IMG/VR virus record: IMGVR_UViG_3300030376_006444
Location: 1 to 40,214 of that record
DNA length: 40,214 nucleotides
Reading direction: 5' to 3' (one strand)
Source: a virus
Lineage: Duplodnaviria > Caudoviricetes
In this document: in pieces, positions 22,801-29,738 of the stretch
Position numbering within the stretch: the first letter of the stretch is position 1
Layout: each line of letters starts with the position of its first letter
The notes under the pieces: generated by a model
Databases searched by the model: none
The model's input: the letters and a program-made list of their open reading frames with translations, nothing else
Told to the model about the DNA's origin: nothing
Translations under genes and position numbers: made by a program

Positions 22801-23334
22801 GTGTTTACAAGATTCCAACCTTTTATGTGGAATTCAATACGTTTTAGAAGAGATATTTATAAACAAGCTAAGATGTATGGGTTTAATGATAAAAAATCAA
22901 TGGATAGGCTAAAAAGATTGACCATTATGGACTTATCAACCTTTGCATTAGCGAATGTATTTGTAGGTTCTCTTTTTGACAGCATACTACCACCTCCTTT
23001 ATCTTACGTACAAGATACTGCCGATTGGTTATTCGGAGATAAAGTTGAAAGGGAGAGAGCGTTTTTCAGTGCCTATCCACATCCTATATTAGCACCATTG
23101 CAGGTAGCCACAGCTCCAATACATAGATATTGGATGCCACTAATGACTGCCCTAATTAATGGAGAATGGGAACGATGGGCAAATTACTATACGTGGTCAA
23201 TGATGCCATTTGGAAGACTGGCAAGAAGTACTATTATGACATTAGAAAGACCAGAAATGACTGCTGAATTCATGTTTGGAATACCAGTACATAAATTAGG
23301 AAATATGATAAGGAAAGATAACGATGGGTCCTAA
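13861..23334 (+). CDS. Giant virion protein containing a putative single-subunit two-barrel RNA polymerase
   Basis: 3157 aa with ordered motifs D909-G, K953-G, S978xxK981, R1280xP and G-A-D1323-V-D1325-G-D1327. Gly/Ala-rich hydrophobic N-terminus and helical ejection-protein-like C-terminus. Confidence 0.8.
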   Translation: MNPFQTREKLKRYRFRPENFTQEEARELERFSKLYGFVQENQPLEETSSNKQSNMLSQFSSGFTEGLLGPIAMGGWAEDPQDEFQSIAHSAGHLLGFALPLAGSLVSFGGTGIARLGLMGSGRIAKGIQATGKTIGGFGQAMKKGKSVPLFVGDKAVDATKKILANAGFEAGKYLEAGAKIGFKAKMTDVAFQAQHLSVASAVSGMWNGEDDEVDNLIFGAVAGGFFGGLGNFVRVGNMIQHPNKVVREAGKRNLWESSKQLSDTLYNYRGQILRGALGAGFQGGMATMQGAPTATQLYEYALGAFFGAGAHGIREKKASEFFNSYEKRNEEGALQKDFAERRNMLESDEFKALPLDSQQLVREKYTNYIGDFWDRFKGEALQTDDSLPSVKLAREILKPYNEALERKAQEVSKKTEDLEPFEIAQVQAELMEVVPQQYARDLNLRVISEGLLKKIRNPKEKLEDTQQEIVDKLTPEELSQVKEGYIEPLEKKIVEYFENIPQEKIETTAQDILRAEENLISDQPELVVEPVIRRFLNQLQKETDIYEPNDVLEHAVKTYNELLPKSESGKRDTRFIPVKGMVKEYIMLLQDKFPGIRVTPEMKNSLTQMYTRLSQGVIRPVISYDKTTQKRKTIWGFNVLKRKVSGSEPRSADEKMYENLWGDKVTVREFSELVDKKGNTYITLKPYDKVWNDNLKEWVPAMRSNDWLNITKGLDKKDQYLKIPKKDGGTERIYKYHPKTNSTELNTIVKEVVTKSKSKAITEDLLKKYIEKDYKVWLETMGFDLKLEKDLIENQGLRNLYNKAFKSNYLYEKNWNFKNAIARVKREALLASKSFYEQDRKFFKDLTNDTGKINIIAIEAEANLLGKLSSTGKRIGQWLNVEGKKPETFWTVDKNGKLMEQAWESKIDGWLVMHSDLYKRFMEANGFDGVQMSHMKPAVAVTMPDGSLFLIKGGVHPGNKAYNDAMPSPNSMIVVTSAIKSMPEGAKVYKGQAKKNGKYEIKDYDKPSLEMNVEDFRISFGVYGDKHSAEPTTIKKQMHSFFDSLTMSRDGYREFMDAIHFDVINGSKQANEYMQTLKENPDALPPKGFKVTELSDKDFITVINNPSHKLHKELNLEIFKKIKRMEKAEEFEGAVYEELKEYANNFERWYRATGYNPVSAIINNSLYEKSVHIYRMNKFTNPEWKNSGSGWVAGVDPVMEAVTGGIKKNATYEFFEDGKLKKRKVGHFKVGISHKDMKVKWLGEGEQIKLIEAWEQFKKEKNPHVKARMRNKLMFAVMRVPANAISGTRALIFDGFVKNDVDLSDWGVYMRGRDHFYIDGADVDGDKVFFYQGLPQKYLNDLVKNDSFLERAKQGKSVFFENKAEKMDKLFKSEVSKADLDYVNNNPLAQWSPGALRKTGISAYTGKKGLGLVVNAKSFLNNVLADVITNKGGKIRLGVYTTSKETGKKILIGDLIGQTDMAQLKSENGYYVVGTEAHSRTADSANYYNMATPQEMVDIVTQSAFRSLKFHPIEEGKIRDGRLSDLKNTLEYAHLSELNNKLYGYDFSNDRAFTISEIQNAVKPFKGEVKTMSSIVDIAHKVAQNELNIDPLRHFNYQAFREAIRTLSNELLRDKDVLKYITRKNLRVMPLYYHIDYQAVYKAMLKHPEFTTKNGLTLREVPEKGATKKDKEPYRELLWEALEPPNKEGISPLEERLGDIGKGVQKTFNNLFSNQRMEIGKAISRYDAKVEKEYKINDSYDIWSALQLNIKGKALDDALKNAGHISEKGQIPYERINEIANRIVNGEQITGNNIEMLETQKWSKQIQKAVDDIQAGKQPKTASESKFLILRDIIARQAEAVKLKFNHAFKNENQRVFENEQEANKFIRENVVEISNIAKELKIKPEVAVDYYYNYLLSSLRPQPVRLEGIIRNLNGRIATAEKKGQADKVEILKREKERARAQYENTSTPQFIWSVDAIPDRVKSQFMKGYADTFDLLNTVTTDKISGELTGYLAKSKKDTKLGEIESSIDAEVIAEVEIDRLFKPDKLGGVEIAKDAKGKADDVPSDIPQVLRGITQSLKTLPDGAILRFEDLYTYMKSVQGDGPTSIKMATWEDIRSFNRFLKDIVNSTNPTGKVKKIYDFLFPDTVGKKQAGHDLDLLFKMKTPIRNAKDMGLATIKVPLSSMSFIQKVGGQMRELEDSIKNSMVESLFNGITVKSELEAIPNGIQTFTDLFMFAQKKMNYERAVKPQDVEFYGNEWASSLKLWDSKYKGKKFKFTRAGKVVEKTSEEIIRDIQEQQGKFLQGFYESYLGAGVIDRSGEWKRIDWKRVDENAEWAKNGLVIHDFIRYDKNGRFDLENFQKKVMDHVETFGVNALHKMLGNRNNPLGTELLNRVQHEIGLEEHILSKKIKPNSEESRNVRLEWRKANEFFGIGRIGTEGTEGFSTEYFPQMKHDTKKLKPWVQEQQLKLKEKLENYVNDLTHAGKTVMEDSSYKIPRRYRFKEIELEALKGKMSDKQLIDIWGVSNVTIKPHLISLKLASQNADYQLYLGQRVESAMGQSDYLVNFLNAEFRKGKEQWQDINAEFRPGTGRQRGDTHVPYFSYGFEVLEAYTNQWVSSLFKNLNALTFRKVINNYEQNNVFAKENPEMGEMWSKEMRRYASSLMGKPNALPTKYTGLSIVEKAKLKQRIKQAPDGPQKELDKRKLERDDKLKKLYGTKVTTWNPLQNIEYRMSDQNLVEYLDAKSQQLNKWAIPGISKKFHGTPEAPKLFGMDLPTSEKARHQVLYQILNNIGAYESKLSLISLLAHPKTYLGNVVGGSSNTITNMGFRQFKRARDVKWLVTNVFAGAKLKDGTPITDRNTIHRWVAEIGALESFYINEAMMDKRLDAKKLKPFFKEVFSKRDVTDATVMDLAKKYQVTDSILSAGGWFMRASERTLRTDAFIAHYLNAREALGQIIPNMPFDHPYLTGMALKGVEATQFLYHNVNRPAVSRSTMGKVFTRFQPFMWNSIRFRRDIYKQAKMYGFNDKKSMDRLKRLTIMDLSTFALANVFVGSLFDSILPPPLSYVQDTADWLFGDKVERERAFFSAYPHPILAPLQVATAPIHRYWMPLMTALINGEWERWANYYTWSMMPFGRLARSTIMTLERPEMTAEFMFGIPVHKLGNMIRKDNDGS

Positions 23335-24952
23335 AGAAGCAAAATATTACAGAGACTTACTTGAAACAATAGGAATAAAATTTAAAAGTAAAGGAACAAG
23401 GCTTAAAGGTCCTCAGTATTATGGGATAGAAGATACTGAAATGACATCGCCTTTAAGTAATAAGGAATTTTCACGGAGAAATTTTGCATTAACTGAAGAA
23501 GGTAAAATTATACCAGCAGGTAGTCCTGCGTTAATTCCCACAGAAGTATACCCTACGCCTAAAGGTGCTATAACAAGTATTGCCACAGATGAATTAGCTA
23601 TGCGAAATCCTTGGCTTGGATTAATTGGTGGAGCAATTATGAGCAGAGGAAAGAAGTTCTCAGATAATACACCAGATACTAGAATGTATCCAAGGTACCC
23701 TGATAACTACGGTAAAGGATACGGTTATCAAGACACTCCTTATTTATATCCAACAAAAAGAACTCCTGATTTTGAGCCAGTAATACGGCACGATAATAGA
23801 TTTCAAATTCCAATGGCTCCTCCTAGGCAAAAAGTTGATTTAAACCCACAGCAACGAATAACTATGAATGCGTTAGAAAGGGCTGAAGGTAGAACAAGGG
23901 CTTTATGGGCTAAAGATAAACAGGTAATTTTAGATAATAATCAAAACCCAGTAGTTGTTCCACAAAGCGAACTAATGGAAAGACTCGATAGTCAGCTTAA
24001 AAATCCATTATTTGGAAACTATCCTTGGTTTCAAGAGGGTACAGTTGACTTAGGTGGTGGCAATACAATGTATAATTTTAATCAAGTTCCTGGGTTTGGA
24101 GCATTTAGAAACGTTCAAGACAAAAAAGCAAAAAACACACTGGCTTACGCATCAATTCCTGGCGAAATGCATGATTTAGACTTAGCTACTCCAAGTGGTT
24201 TTAAAGGAGAACATTATGATGACGCTATGCAAATTAAATATGACAATGTTGGACACGCTATGGAAGGTATTGAAAAAGCGTATAGAAATAATCCTGACTC
24301 ATATTATATAATAGGGCAAACTGGCGGAGGACTAAGAGTATGGGACGTAGGGAACACCACAGCAAGGACGCATGACCCTAAATTCCTTCAAAATAGAAGA
24401 GATGCTATGCAAGAAATGGGAAATGATGAGTTTTATACTAATATGACTATGGGTAACAATTCAGCTAGAGTTATGCAATTAGCTGATAATCTTGGAATAT
24501 CTTATGATAACGCAACGCAGGAATTATTAAGATTAAGAAGAGAAGGAATTATAGATGATAGGTTAGCAAAAGAATGGTTTGCAGGAGAAGGAGCTCATTC
24601 TGATGCTAGACTTGATGAAAAAATGGTACGATTAATGGGTTATAAAGACCCAGATTTCGACTCTGGTCCTCCAATGGGGTACCAAGAAATGTTTCGTTTA
24701 GGAAATAAAGAGAACATAAGTGCAGGAAAATACTTGTCTTATGCAACACATAGAGACCTAATGAATAGACTCAGGAGAGCTAGAGGGTTAATAGACCCAG
24801 TAAGAGACGATATGGGACTAGGTGTTTTAGATAGCAAATATTTAGATTATACAATGAAAGCAATGAGCCCTGATTGGAAAGAGCAACTTAGGAAAAACTG
24901 GAGATTAGGCTTACTTGCCCCAGCAGTATTGCCACAAAGCGAAGAAAAATGA
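23324..24952 (+). CDS. 542-aa protein with possible AEP-like catalytic domain
   Basis: Motifs HDLD, QTGGGLRVW, GNDEFY and DARLDEK; Pro-rich low-complexity N-terminal half. The CDS is solid, the function is speculative. Confidence 0.45.
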   Translation: MGPKEAKYYRDLLETIGIKFKSKGTRLKGPQYYGIEDTEMTSPLSNKEFSRRNFALTEEGKIIPAGSPALIPTEVYPTPKGAITSIATDELAMRNPWLGLIGGAIMSRGKKFSDNTPDTRMYPRYPDNYGKGYGYQDTPYLYPTKRTPDFEPVIRHDNRFQIPMAPPRQKVDLNPQQRITMNALERAEGRTRALWAKDKQVILDNNQNPVVVPQSELMERLDSQLKNPLFGNYPWFQEGTVDLGGGNTMYNFNQVPGFGAFRNVQDKKAKNTLAYASIPGEMHDLDLATPSGFKGEHYDDAMQIKYDNVGHAMEGIEKAYRNNPDSYYIIGQTGGGLRVWDVGNTTARTHDPKFLQNRRDAMQEMGNDEFYTNMTMGNNSARVMQLADNLGISYDNATQELLRLRREGIIDDRLAKEWFAGEGAHSDARLDEKMVRLMGYKDPDFDSGPPMGYQEMFRLGNKENISAGKYLSYATHRDLMNRLRRARGLIDPVRDDMGLGVLDSKYLDYTMKAMSPDWKEQLRKNWRLGLLAPAVLPQSEEK

Positions 24953-25001
24953 TAAATTTGCCCTAAGTGATGGGTAATATACGGGCAGAAATAAGGTTTA
25001 A

Positions 25002-25050
25002 GCTACGTTGACATCGTAGAGGTCGGCGGTTCGACTCCGTCATCGCCCAC
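25002..25050 (+). other. attP core: 3' portion of tRNA-Val(GAC)
   Basis: Anticodon arm CTACG-TTGACAT-CGTAG, variable loop AGGTC, T arm GGCGG-TTCGACT-CCGTC and acceptor 3' strand ATCGCCC-A. No D arm upstream. Lies about 75 bp before the integrase. Confidence 0.85.
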
Positions 25051-25126
25051 TTGACGACAAACGACTCTTTTTACCCCCACTTGATATATACAGATAGCCA
25101 TATTACAGCCATAAAGGGGGCAAATT

Positions 25127-26023
25127 ATGCGTTTAAAGCGAAATCTATACAAAGACTCGTTTGGTAATATTTTCTACAGGAAACAGATACAGGGAAAGAG
25201 AATTATCTTACCAGTCTACACCAAAAACATCAACACAGCTAATAAATTACATACAGCATTGGAATACCAAGCGTTAAGTAGTTATTACGCACCAAAACCC
25301 AAAGAGACATACGAACCTTTCTCTAGTTTAATAACTAAATATTTAAACGATGAAGAAGTTCTAAGCAAATGGTCAGACGCTAGTAGGGAAGTAACACGAT
25401 ACGTTTTACGTAGTTTTATAAAAAACGGTAAACTGCCAGATAATAAAGAAACAGCAAGAGGTTATCAATCTAGAATTAATGCTTGCGTAAATTGGGGAAT
25501 ATCAAAAGGCATTAGAACTGAAATAAACCTTATGGAAGTAAATAAAAAGGTAGGTAGAACGAGAGTTTTTACTCAAAGAGAATTAGATATAATTCTTACA
25601 GAGTTTCAAGACGATGAATTTCAACAATTTATTCGCTTTGCTTATTATACAGGAGCCAGGAGGGGAGAGCTAGTCAATATAAAACCATACTATATAGAAG
25701 CTACCAGAATGAAGGTATTTGGCAAAAGTGGAGAACGTTTCGTTAAATTGAATAAACAGGCTATTCAGATACTAGCTTCTACAGAAAAACTATGGAGCTA
25801 CAAGCTAGATTTTATTACAAAAAAGTTTAAGTGGAACACACGTAGGCTTGATATAAAAGATGCCCGTTTTCACGACCTACGTAGGACATTTGGTTATAAT
25901 TTAATACGAAAAGGAATGCCTATATATCAACTTAGTAAGCTACTGGGTCATAGCTCTGTGAAAACAACACAAGACCATTACGCACCATTACTAGTAGATG
26001 ATATAGAAGACTTTACTCTTTAA
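25127..26023 (+). CDS. int: Tyrosine recombinase / phage integrase
   Basis: Catalytic motifs YTGARRGE, FHDLRRT, LLGHSS and TQDHY. Confidence 0.95.
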   Translation: MRLKRNLYKDSFGNIFYRKQIQGKRIILPVYTKNINTANKLHTALEYQALSSYYAPKPKETYEPFSSLITKYLNDEEVLSKWSDASREVTRYVLRSFIKNGKLPDNKETARGYQSRINACVNWGISKGIRTEINLMEVNKKVGRTRVFTQRELDIILTEFQDDEFQQFIRFAYYTGARRGELVNIKPYYIEATRMKVFGKSGERFVKLNKQAIQILASTEKLWSYKLDFITKKFKWNTRRLDIKDARFHDLRRTFGYNLIRKGMPIYQLSKLLGHSSVKTTQDHYAPLLVDDIEDFTL

Positions 26024-26325
26024 CATTCCCAACAGGTTTCTTTATCTGCTGGTATATTAAAATAATGTTTTCCTAGACTCCTTGGTGACAATTCACCTCT
26101 TTCTCCAGTAATAGTATTGACCCAGTACTTTTTACATACAGGACATTTTTTAGGCTGATAAGACGAAGTAGCAACATTCCTATAGTATCTTGATTGATTA
26201 TCTGATATTATAGGATGAAAATCTATCCATTCTTTACCTAAGTAATATTCTAAGTCCTTAACCCTCGCTTTATTCTTAGAATCTTTTTTTTCTTGCCCAC
26301 TCGTTTGTTCATCAAACGGTGGCAT
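26020..26325 (-). CDS. Zn-ribbon protein
   Basis: CPVC...CWEC; GGAGAGG RBS; stop overlaps the integrase stop. Confidence 0.65.
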   Translation of the reverse strand: MPPFDEQTSGQEKKDSKNKARVKDLEYYLGKEWIDFHPIISDNQSRYYRNVATSSYQPKKCPVCKKYWVNTITGERGELSPRSLGKHYFNIPADKETCWEC

Positions 26326-26337
26326 TTCCTCTCCCTG

Positions 26338-26466
26338 TTATCTATCGAATAGAAAATCTATCCATTTCATTGTTGACAATGTGAATACACCAAATCCAAT
26401 GCCTATATACAATGTATTTTTACCTATGATTTCTAAGTACATTAACCAATCTGGACCTAAAATCAT
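26338..26466 (-). CDS. Small membrane peptide
   Basis: Start reassigned to the ATG at 26466 after GAGG (MILGPDWLMY...); hydrophobic LYIGIGFGVFTL. Confidence 0.55.
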   Translation of the reverse strand: MILGPDWLMYLEIIGKNTLYIGIGFGVFTLSTMKWIDFLFDR

Positions 26467-26594
26467 TTTATACCTCTTAGTTCTAGTTTTATACGTTGAA
26501 CTAATAAGAAGTATAACACAATATCTACTGCACAATGAAACAAGACATCAAATGCTTGAGTCTGTGCTATTTCTAGAAAATAATAATACATCAT
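26463..26594 (-). CDS. 43-aa hydrophobic peptide (not in ORF track)
   Basis: AGGAG RBS; MMYYYFLEIAQTQAFDVLFHCAVDIVLYFLLVQRIKLELRGIK; ATGA overlap with the next gene. Confidence 0.6.
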   Translation of the reverse strand: MMYYYFLEIAQTQAFDVLFHCAVDIVLYFLLVQRIKLELRGIK

Positions 26595-26616
26595 TTTCAC
26601 TCCTATTTTAAGTTAG

Positions 26617-26960
26617 TAAGGGGATTTATTGCTTAGTGCCAACCATGCGTATTACATTGCTTTTCAATTATCACGGCTTAAACGAAAGTTGGTTTTTAAA
26701 TAACGCATCTCACAAAAGTCCTGTTCGCTTATGTGTTCGGCTCGCAGGGTTATGTTAATTGAATTCATGTATTTATTATAAATCCCCTTAAATTTCTGGG
26801 TTAGCATTTGCAGTTTTTAATTTCACGTCTGTTAATATTTCGAAACATCAATCTAAACAAGTGCTAACCCATTTTTAATTCTTGGGGATATGGCGTAGGC
26901 GTTAATTCGCTGTATAGACACCAATGGAGTAAAGTTTTCTATAGCAACCATATCCCTAAG
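26617..26960. ncRNA. Three tandem stem-closed structured elements (candidate small RNAs)
   Basis: Closing stems at 26617-26629/26778-26790, 26797-26810/26858-26871 and 26881-26893/26948-26960. Confidence 0.45.
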
Positions 26961-26972
26961 ACAGACGGAGTG

Positions 26973-27212
26973 TTAGTCACACACTCCTGACTTACAATCA
27001 TCGTGATTGTAGCTTTCTATGTCCTTCGTGTCAGTCTGAAACTTTTCTGACTCTTCTTCTATGTCAATTTCTATCATTTGAGCTTCGTAGCTACCTCTCA
27101 TTGCTCTTCCCAATTGAACTAATTCATAATCATCTGCTTTTAACAAATGGTCAGCCAACTTAAAAAACTTATCTATTTGTAAGATTGGCTTGACGTATTC
27201 AACTTTTTTCAT
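26973..27212 (-). CDS. Hypothetical protein with acidic C-terminus ending CKSGVCD
   Basis: 79 aa, AGGA RBS. Confidence 0.65.
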   Translation of the reverse strand: MKKVEYVKPILQIDKFFKLADHLLKADDYELVQLGRAMRGSYEAQMIEIDIEEESEKFQTDTKDIESYNHDDCKSGVCD

Positions 27213-27213
27213 A

Positions 27214-27516
27214 TTATCCTTTTAGTCTTTTAATTAAATCAAAAAATAAGTCCATTGGCATAAGAGCATAGGTAGTACCTCTGTCTTCTCTGAATGCCAC
27301 TATATCAGTATGCTCACACTTGAGATATTTAGGTAGTGTTTTACGTCTTTTCGCTTGTACTGTAAATTCATCAATAACACAATCAACCTCATCATGCATA
27401 CCCAAAGACCTTCCATTAGACCCCCACGCCCTACGGGCTGAGAAACCCCAGCCCTTAGCGTCTTTTACAAGTTCACGTTCAAAGGCATTGCCTTTTCTTT
27501 TACTTGGGTGTGACAT
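27214..27516 (-). CDS. Holliday junction resolvase, Hjc-like PD-(D/E)xK
   Basis: KRKGNAFERE...VD...VQAK motif. Confidence 0.8.
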   Translation of the reverse strand: MSHPSKRKGNAFERELVKDAKGWGFSARRAWGSNGRSLGMHDEVDCVIDEFTVQAKRRKTLPKYLKCEHTDIVAFREDRGTTYALMPMDLFFDLIKRLKG

Positions 27517-27692
27517 TACCACTTATCCCAAGTATGTAAACTCATGGAGAATTCAACAGGTCCCACGCCTAAGCCAGCACTAAGATGCATACCATTAACA
27601 TCGTGCAAACCAAGCTCAAGGGAAAATAAGGAAAGGAGAACTAACCTTATTGACTTTCCTTTGTTAGAAGAATGTTTCTTTAGCTTAACCAT
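27516..27692 (-). CDS. Hypothetical protein
   Basis: Probable start at the ATG at 27692 (MVKLKKH...), coupled to both neighbours. Confidence 0.5.
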   Translation of the reverse strand: MVKLKKHSSNKGKSIRLVLLSLFSLELGLHDVNGMHLSAGLGVGPVEFSMSLHTWDKW

Positions 27693-29493
27693 GAAAGCCA
27701 CCTTCTCCTGAGACCTGCTTAAATCTGAAATAGTCTTTTTGAAATTCAAACATTAACTGCATATATCCTTCATCTCTTGCCTTTTCTGTAGTAAGGCTTC
27801 GTCTTCTTTCGTGCATTTCACCATTAATTACCAAGACCTTGTCAGCTTTTTGAGAAACATTACTAGTACCTTTTAAGCTACCCATACGAACTACTCCAGA
27901 ACTTTGGGCTTCTTTATTTACGTGATGTACAACAATCACAATACATTCTTGTTTCTGTGCAACAGCTTTAAGAGAGTTAATAATCTGGTTCATTTTAGCG
28001 ATTTCATCATGGACACCTTTTACCCATATCATATCGCTTGTATCTATCACAACAACTTTTGGCTTACTTCGTGCAATACCTTCAATTAACCTTGATAACT
28101 CAGGTGGCTCAGTCGTCAATTGAACGTGCTTAAAAGCTTCCATGTGTTCTCTTCTTGTAACAGGGTCTGCGTATACTTTATTTGCCTCTTCTTTTGTAAG
28201 ATTATGGCACATTTGCACAAACCTTCTTCCCGTCATATGCTGATTGTTTTCTAAAGATAGAAACATTACAGGCAAATGAGGTATTTTTGTTACAAGATTC
28301 ATTACCCACGTAGACTTACCCATACCAGTATTACCTGAAACAATTACAAGTTCACCAGGCATTACCCAGAAATCACGATTCATATCGTAAATATCTGCAA
28401 AGTTAAACGAACTTTTAGTAAAGTCTTTTTCAAGGAACTCAGCGTATTCATCAGCTATGTCATCCATGCTTTTAAGTTCTAATGAATAATCTTTATGCTT
28501 GAAGTAAATGCATTCAGGTTTACAGTGCTTAGCCATAATGAAGTCATTACAACCATACTCGTATCCAGTATCAAATACTTTACTGGCACATTCTTCAGCT
28601 TCTGCACCTAACCCTGACCAAGTGCTTAACGTATGTTTCACCACTTCTAAAGGCATTCCAGTACGTCTCATCCAAGAACCAACTCTCATCATTGTATCGT
28701 TTCGTTCACCTTCAACTGGAGGATTAGCAATTACATTTTGCATACAGGTCACTACTGAGTTAGGGTCCATTCTAAATTGACTTCTAACAGTCTCTTTAGA
28801 GGCAACACTTCTTGAGGGATATTCAATTAACGATTGCATATAAGGCTCTTTATTTGACCACTTATTACGCAATGCATTAACTACGTCAATATCATCTTGC
28901 TCAAATCCTTCTTTACTAGCTGACATAATAGAATCCATATCGCATTCATTAAAGCTGTCTACAGTAAATTGAATTTTGAAGTTTCCTTTCTTAGCGTTAT
29001 AACTAAATGGAGCACGAATTAAACGTGCCCCATCATAGATATTGTCGCAACTAGGAAATACTGCCTGTAAAGTTTCTTTTACAACTTGAGGTAAGGTAGT
29101 AGAAGGGGTAAACCCAAAGATATTTGGCATTTCAATATGGAAACCAGTTCCTGAATACCAAATAAGTATGTCATCTTTGTTAATGCCCAAGTCTTGTATC
29201 ATTTCAAAGTTCACTAACCAATGAACAGAGTCATATAAATCAGTGTTACTTAGTTCTTTTTTATCAAAGTCTAAAATGATACTGTTAATGTAGTATGCTC
29301 CAGAAAATCCTTGAATAGTACCTACGCTATCAATGTGTTGCTTTAACTGTTCGTCAAAACAATACCAACTATGATAGGTTTCATTCTTTTGTTCTGGACC
29401 AAATACGTAACTGCTAATATTGTTCAAGTTAGCAACTTGATGTCTATTAGAAACGTGACCTGTGGCAATTTCCACCATGCGGATATCGCTCAT
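27685..29493 (-). CDS. AEP primase-polymerase + PriCT + DnaB-like (SF4) helicase fusion
   Basis: AEP motifs IILDFD, YSGTGFHI and IYDGARLIRAP; GERND (PriCT-like); Cys cluster; Walker A GNTGMGKS, FLSLEN, VVIDT and ADKV. ATGA overlap at 29490-29493. Confidence 0.9.
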   Translation of the reverse strand: MSDIRMVEIATGHVSNRHQVANLNNISSYVFGPEQKNETYHSWYCFDEQLKQHIDSVGTIQGFSGAYYINSIILDFDKKELSNTDLYDSVHWLVNFEMIQDLGINKDDILIWYSGTGFHIEMPNIFGFTPSTTLPQVVKETLQAVFPSCDNIYDGARLIRAPFSYNAKKGNFKIQFTVDSFNECDMDSIMSASKEGFEQDDIDVVNALRNKWSNKEPYMQSLIEYPSRSVASKETVRSQFRMDPNSVVTCMQNVIANPPVEGERNDTMMRVGSWMRRTGMPLEVVKHTLSTWSGLGAEAEECASKVFDTGYEYGCNDFIMAKHCKPECIYFKHKDYSLELKSMDDIADEYAEFLEKDFTKSSFNFADIYDMNRDFWVMPGELVIVSGNTGMGKSTWVMNLVTKIPHLPVMFLSLENNQHMTGRRFVQMCHNLTKEEANKVYADPVTRREHMEAFKHVQLTTEPPELSRLIEGIARSKPKVVVIDTSDMIWVKGVHDEIAKMNQIINSLKAVAQKQECIVIVVHHVNKEAQSSGVVRMGSLKGTSNVSQKADKVLVINGEMHERRRSLTTEKARDEGYMQLMFEFQKDYFRFKQVSGEGGFHG

Positions 29494-29738
29494 AATACTG
29501 GCAGGCATCCTAAACTATTTGTTATGAACAATGCACCACCATCATTTCCTTCGTCATCTTTTGATGGATAACACCAAACACCATTTTCTAATTTGAACAT
29601 AACAGGACGACTCCACCAATACATCTCATCTTTTTCATCTTGACTCATGTAAGATACTTCAACAATCTTCTGATTCAACAAAACATCACTAGCAATGGCA
29701 TTCCATTTCTTTTCAAGTTTATCATAATCAATCTGCAT
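29490..29738 (-). CDS. Hypothetical phage protein
   Basis: C-terminal PSKDDEGNDGGALF; probable start MQIDY. Confidence 0.6.
   Translation of the reverse strand: MQIDYDKLEKKWNAIASDVLLNQKIVEVSYMSQDEKDEMYWWSRPVMFKLENGVWCYPSKDDEGNDGGALFITNSLGCLPVL

Noticed and set aside
13861-23334. T7/N4-type single-subunit RNAP
   Set aside because: I found no convincing motif A/B/C set; the motifs present are of the two-barrel DxDGD type.
24972-25050. Full-length phage tRNA-Val gene
   Set aside because: GGGTAAT could partly pair with the acceptor 3' strand, but there is a mismatch, the spacing is too long, no D arm forms and there is no CCA. An attP core fits better.
26646-26758. About 37-aa + strand ORF (MRITLLFN...) inside the first stem-closed element
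   Set aside because: No clear RBS at proper spacing, and it is antisense to the surrounding operon.
26617-26960. CRISPR mini-array or simple terminators
   Set aside because: There is no repeated unit between elements, and the loops of about 45-150 nt are too long for intrinsic terminators.
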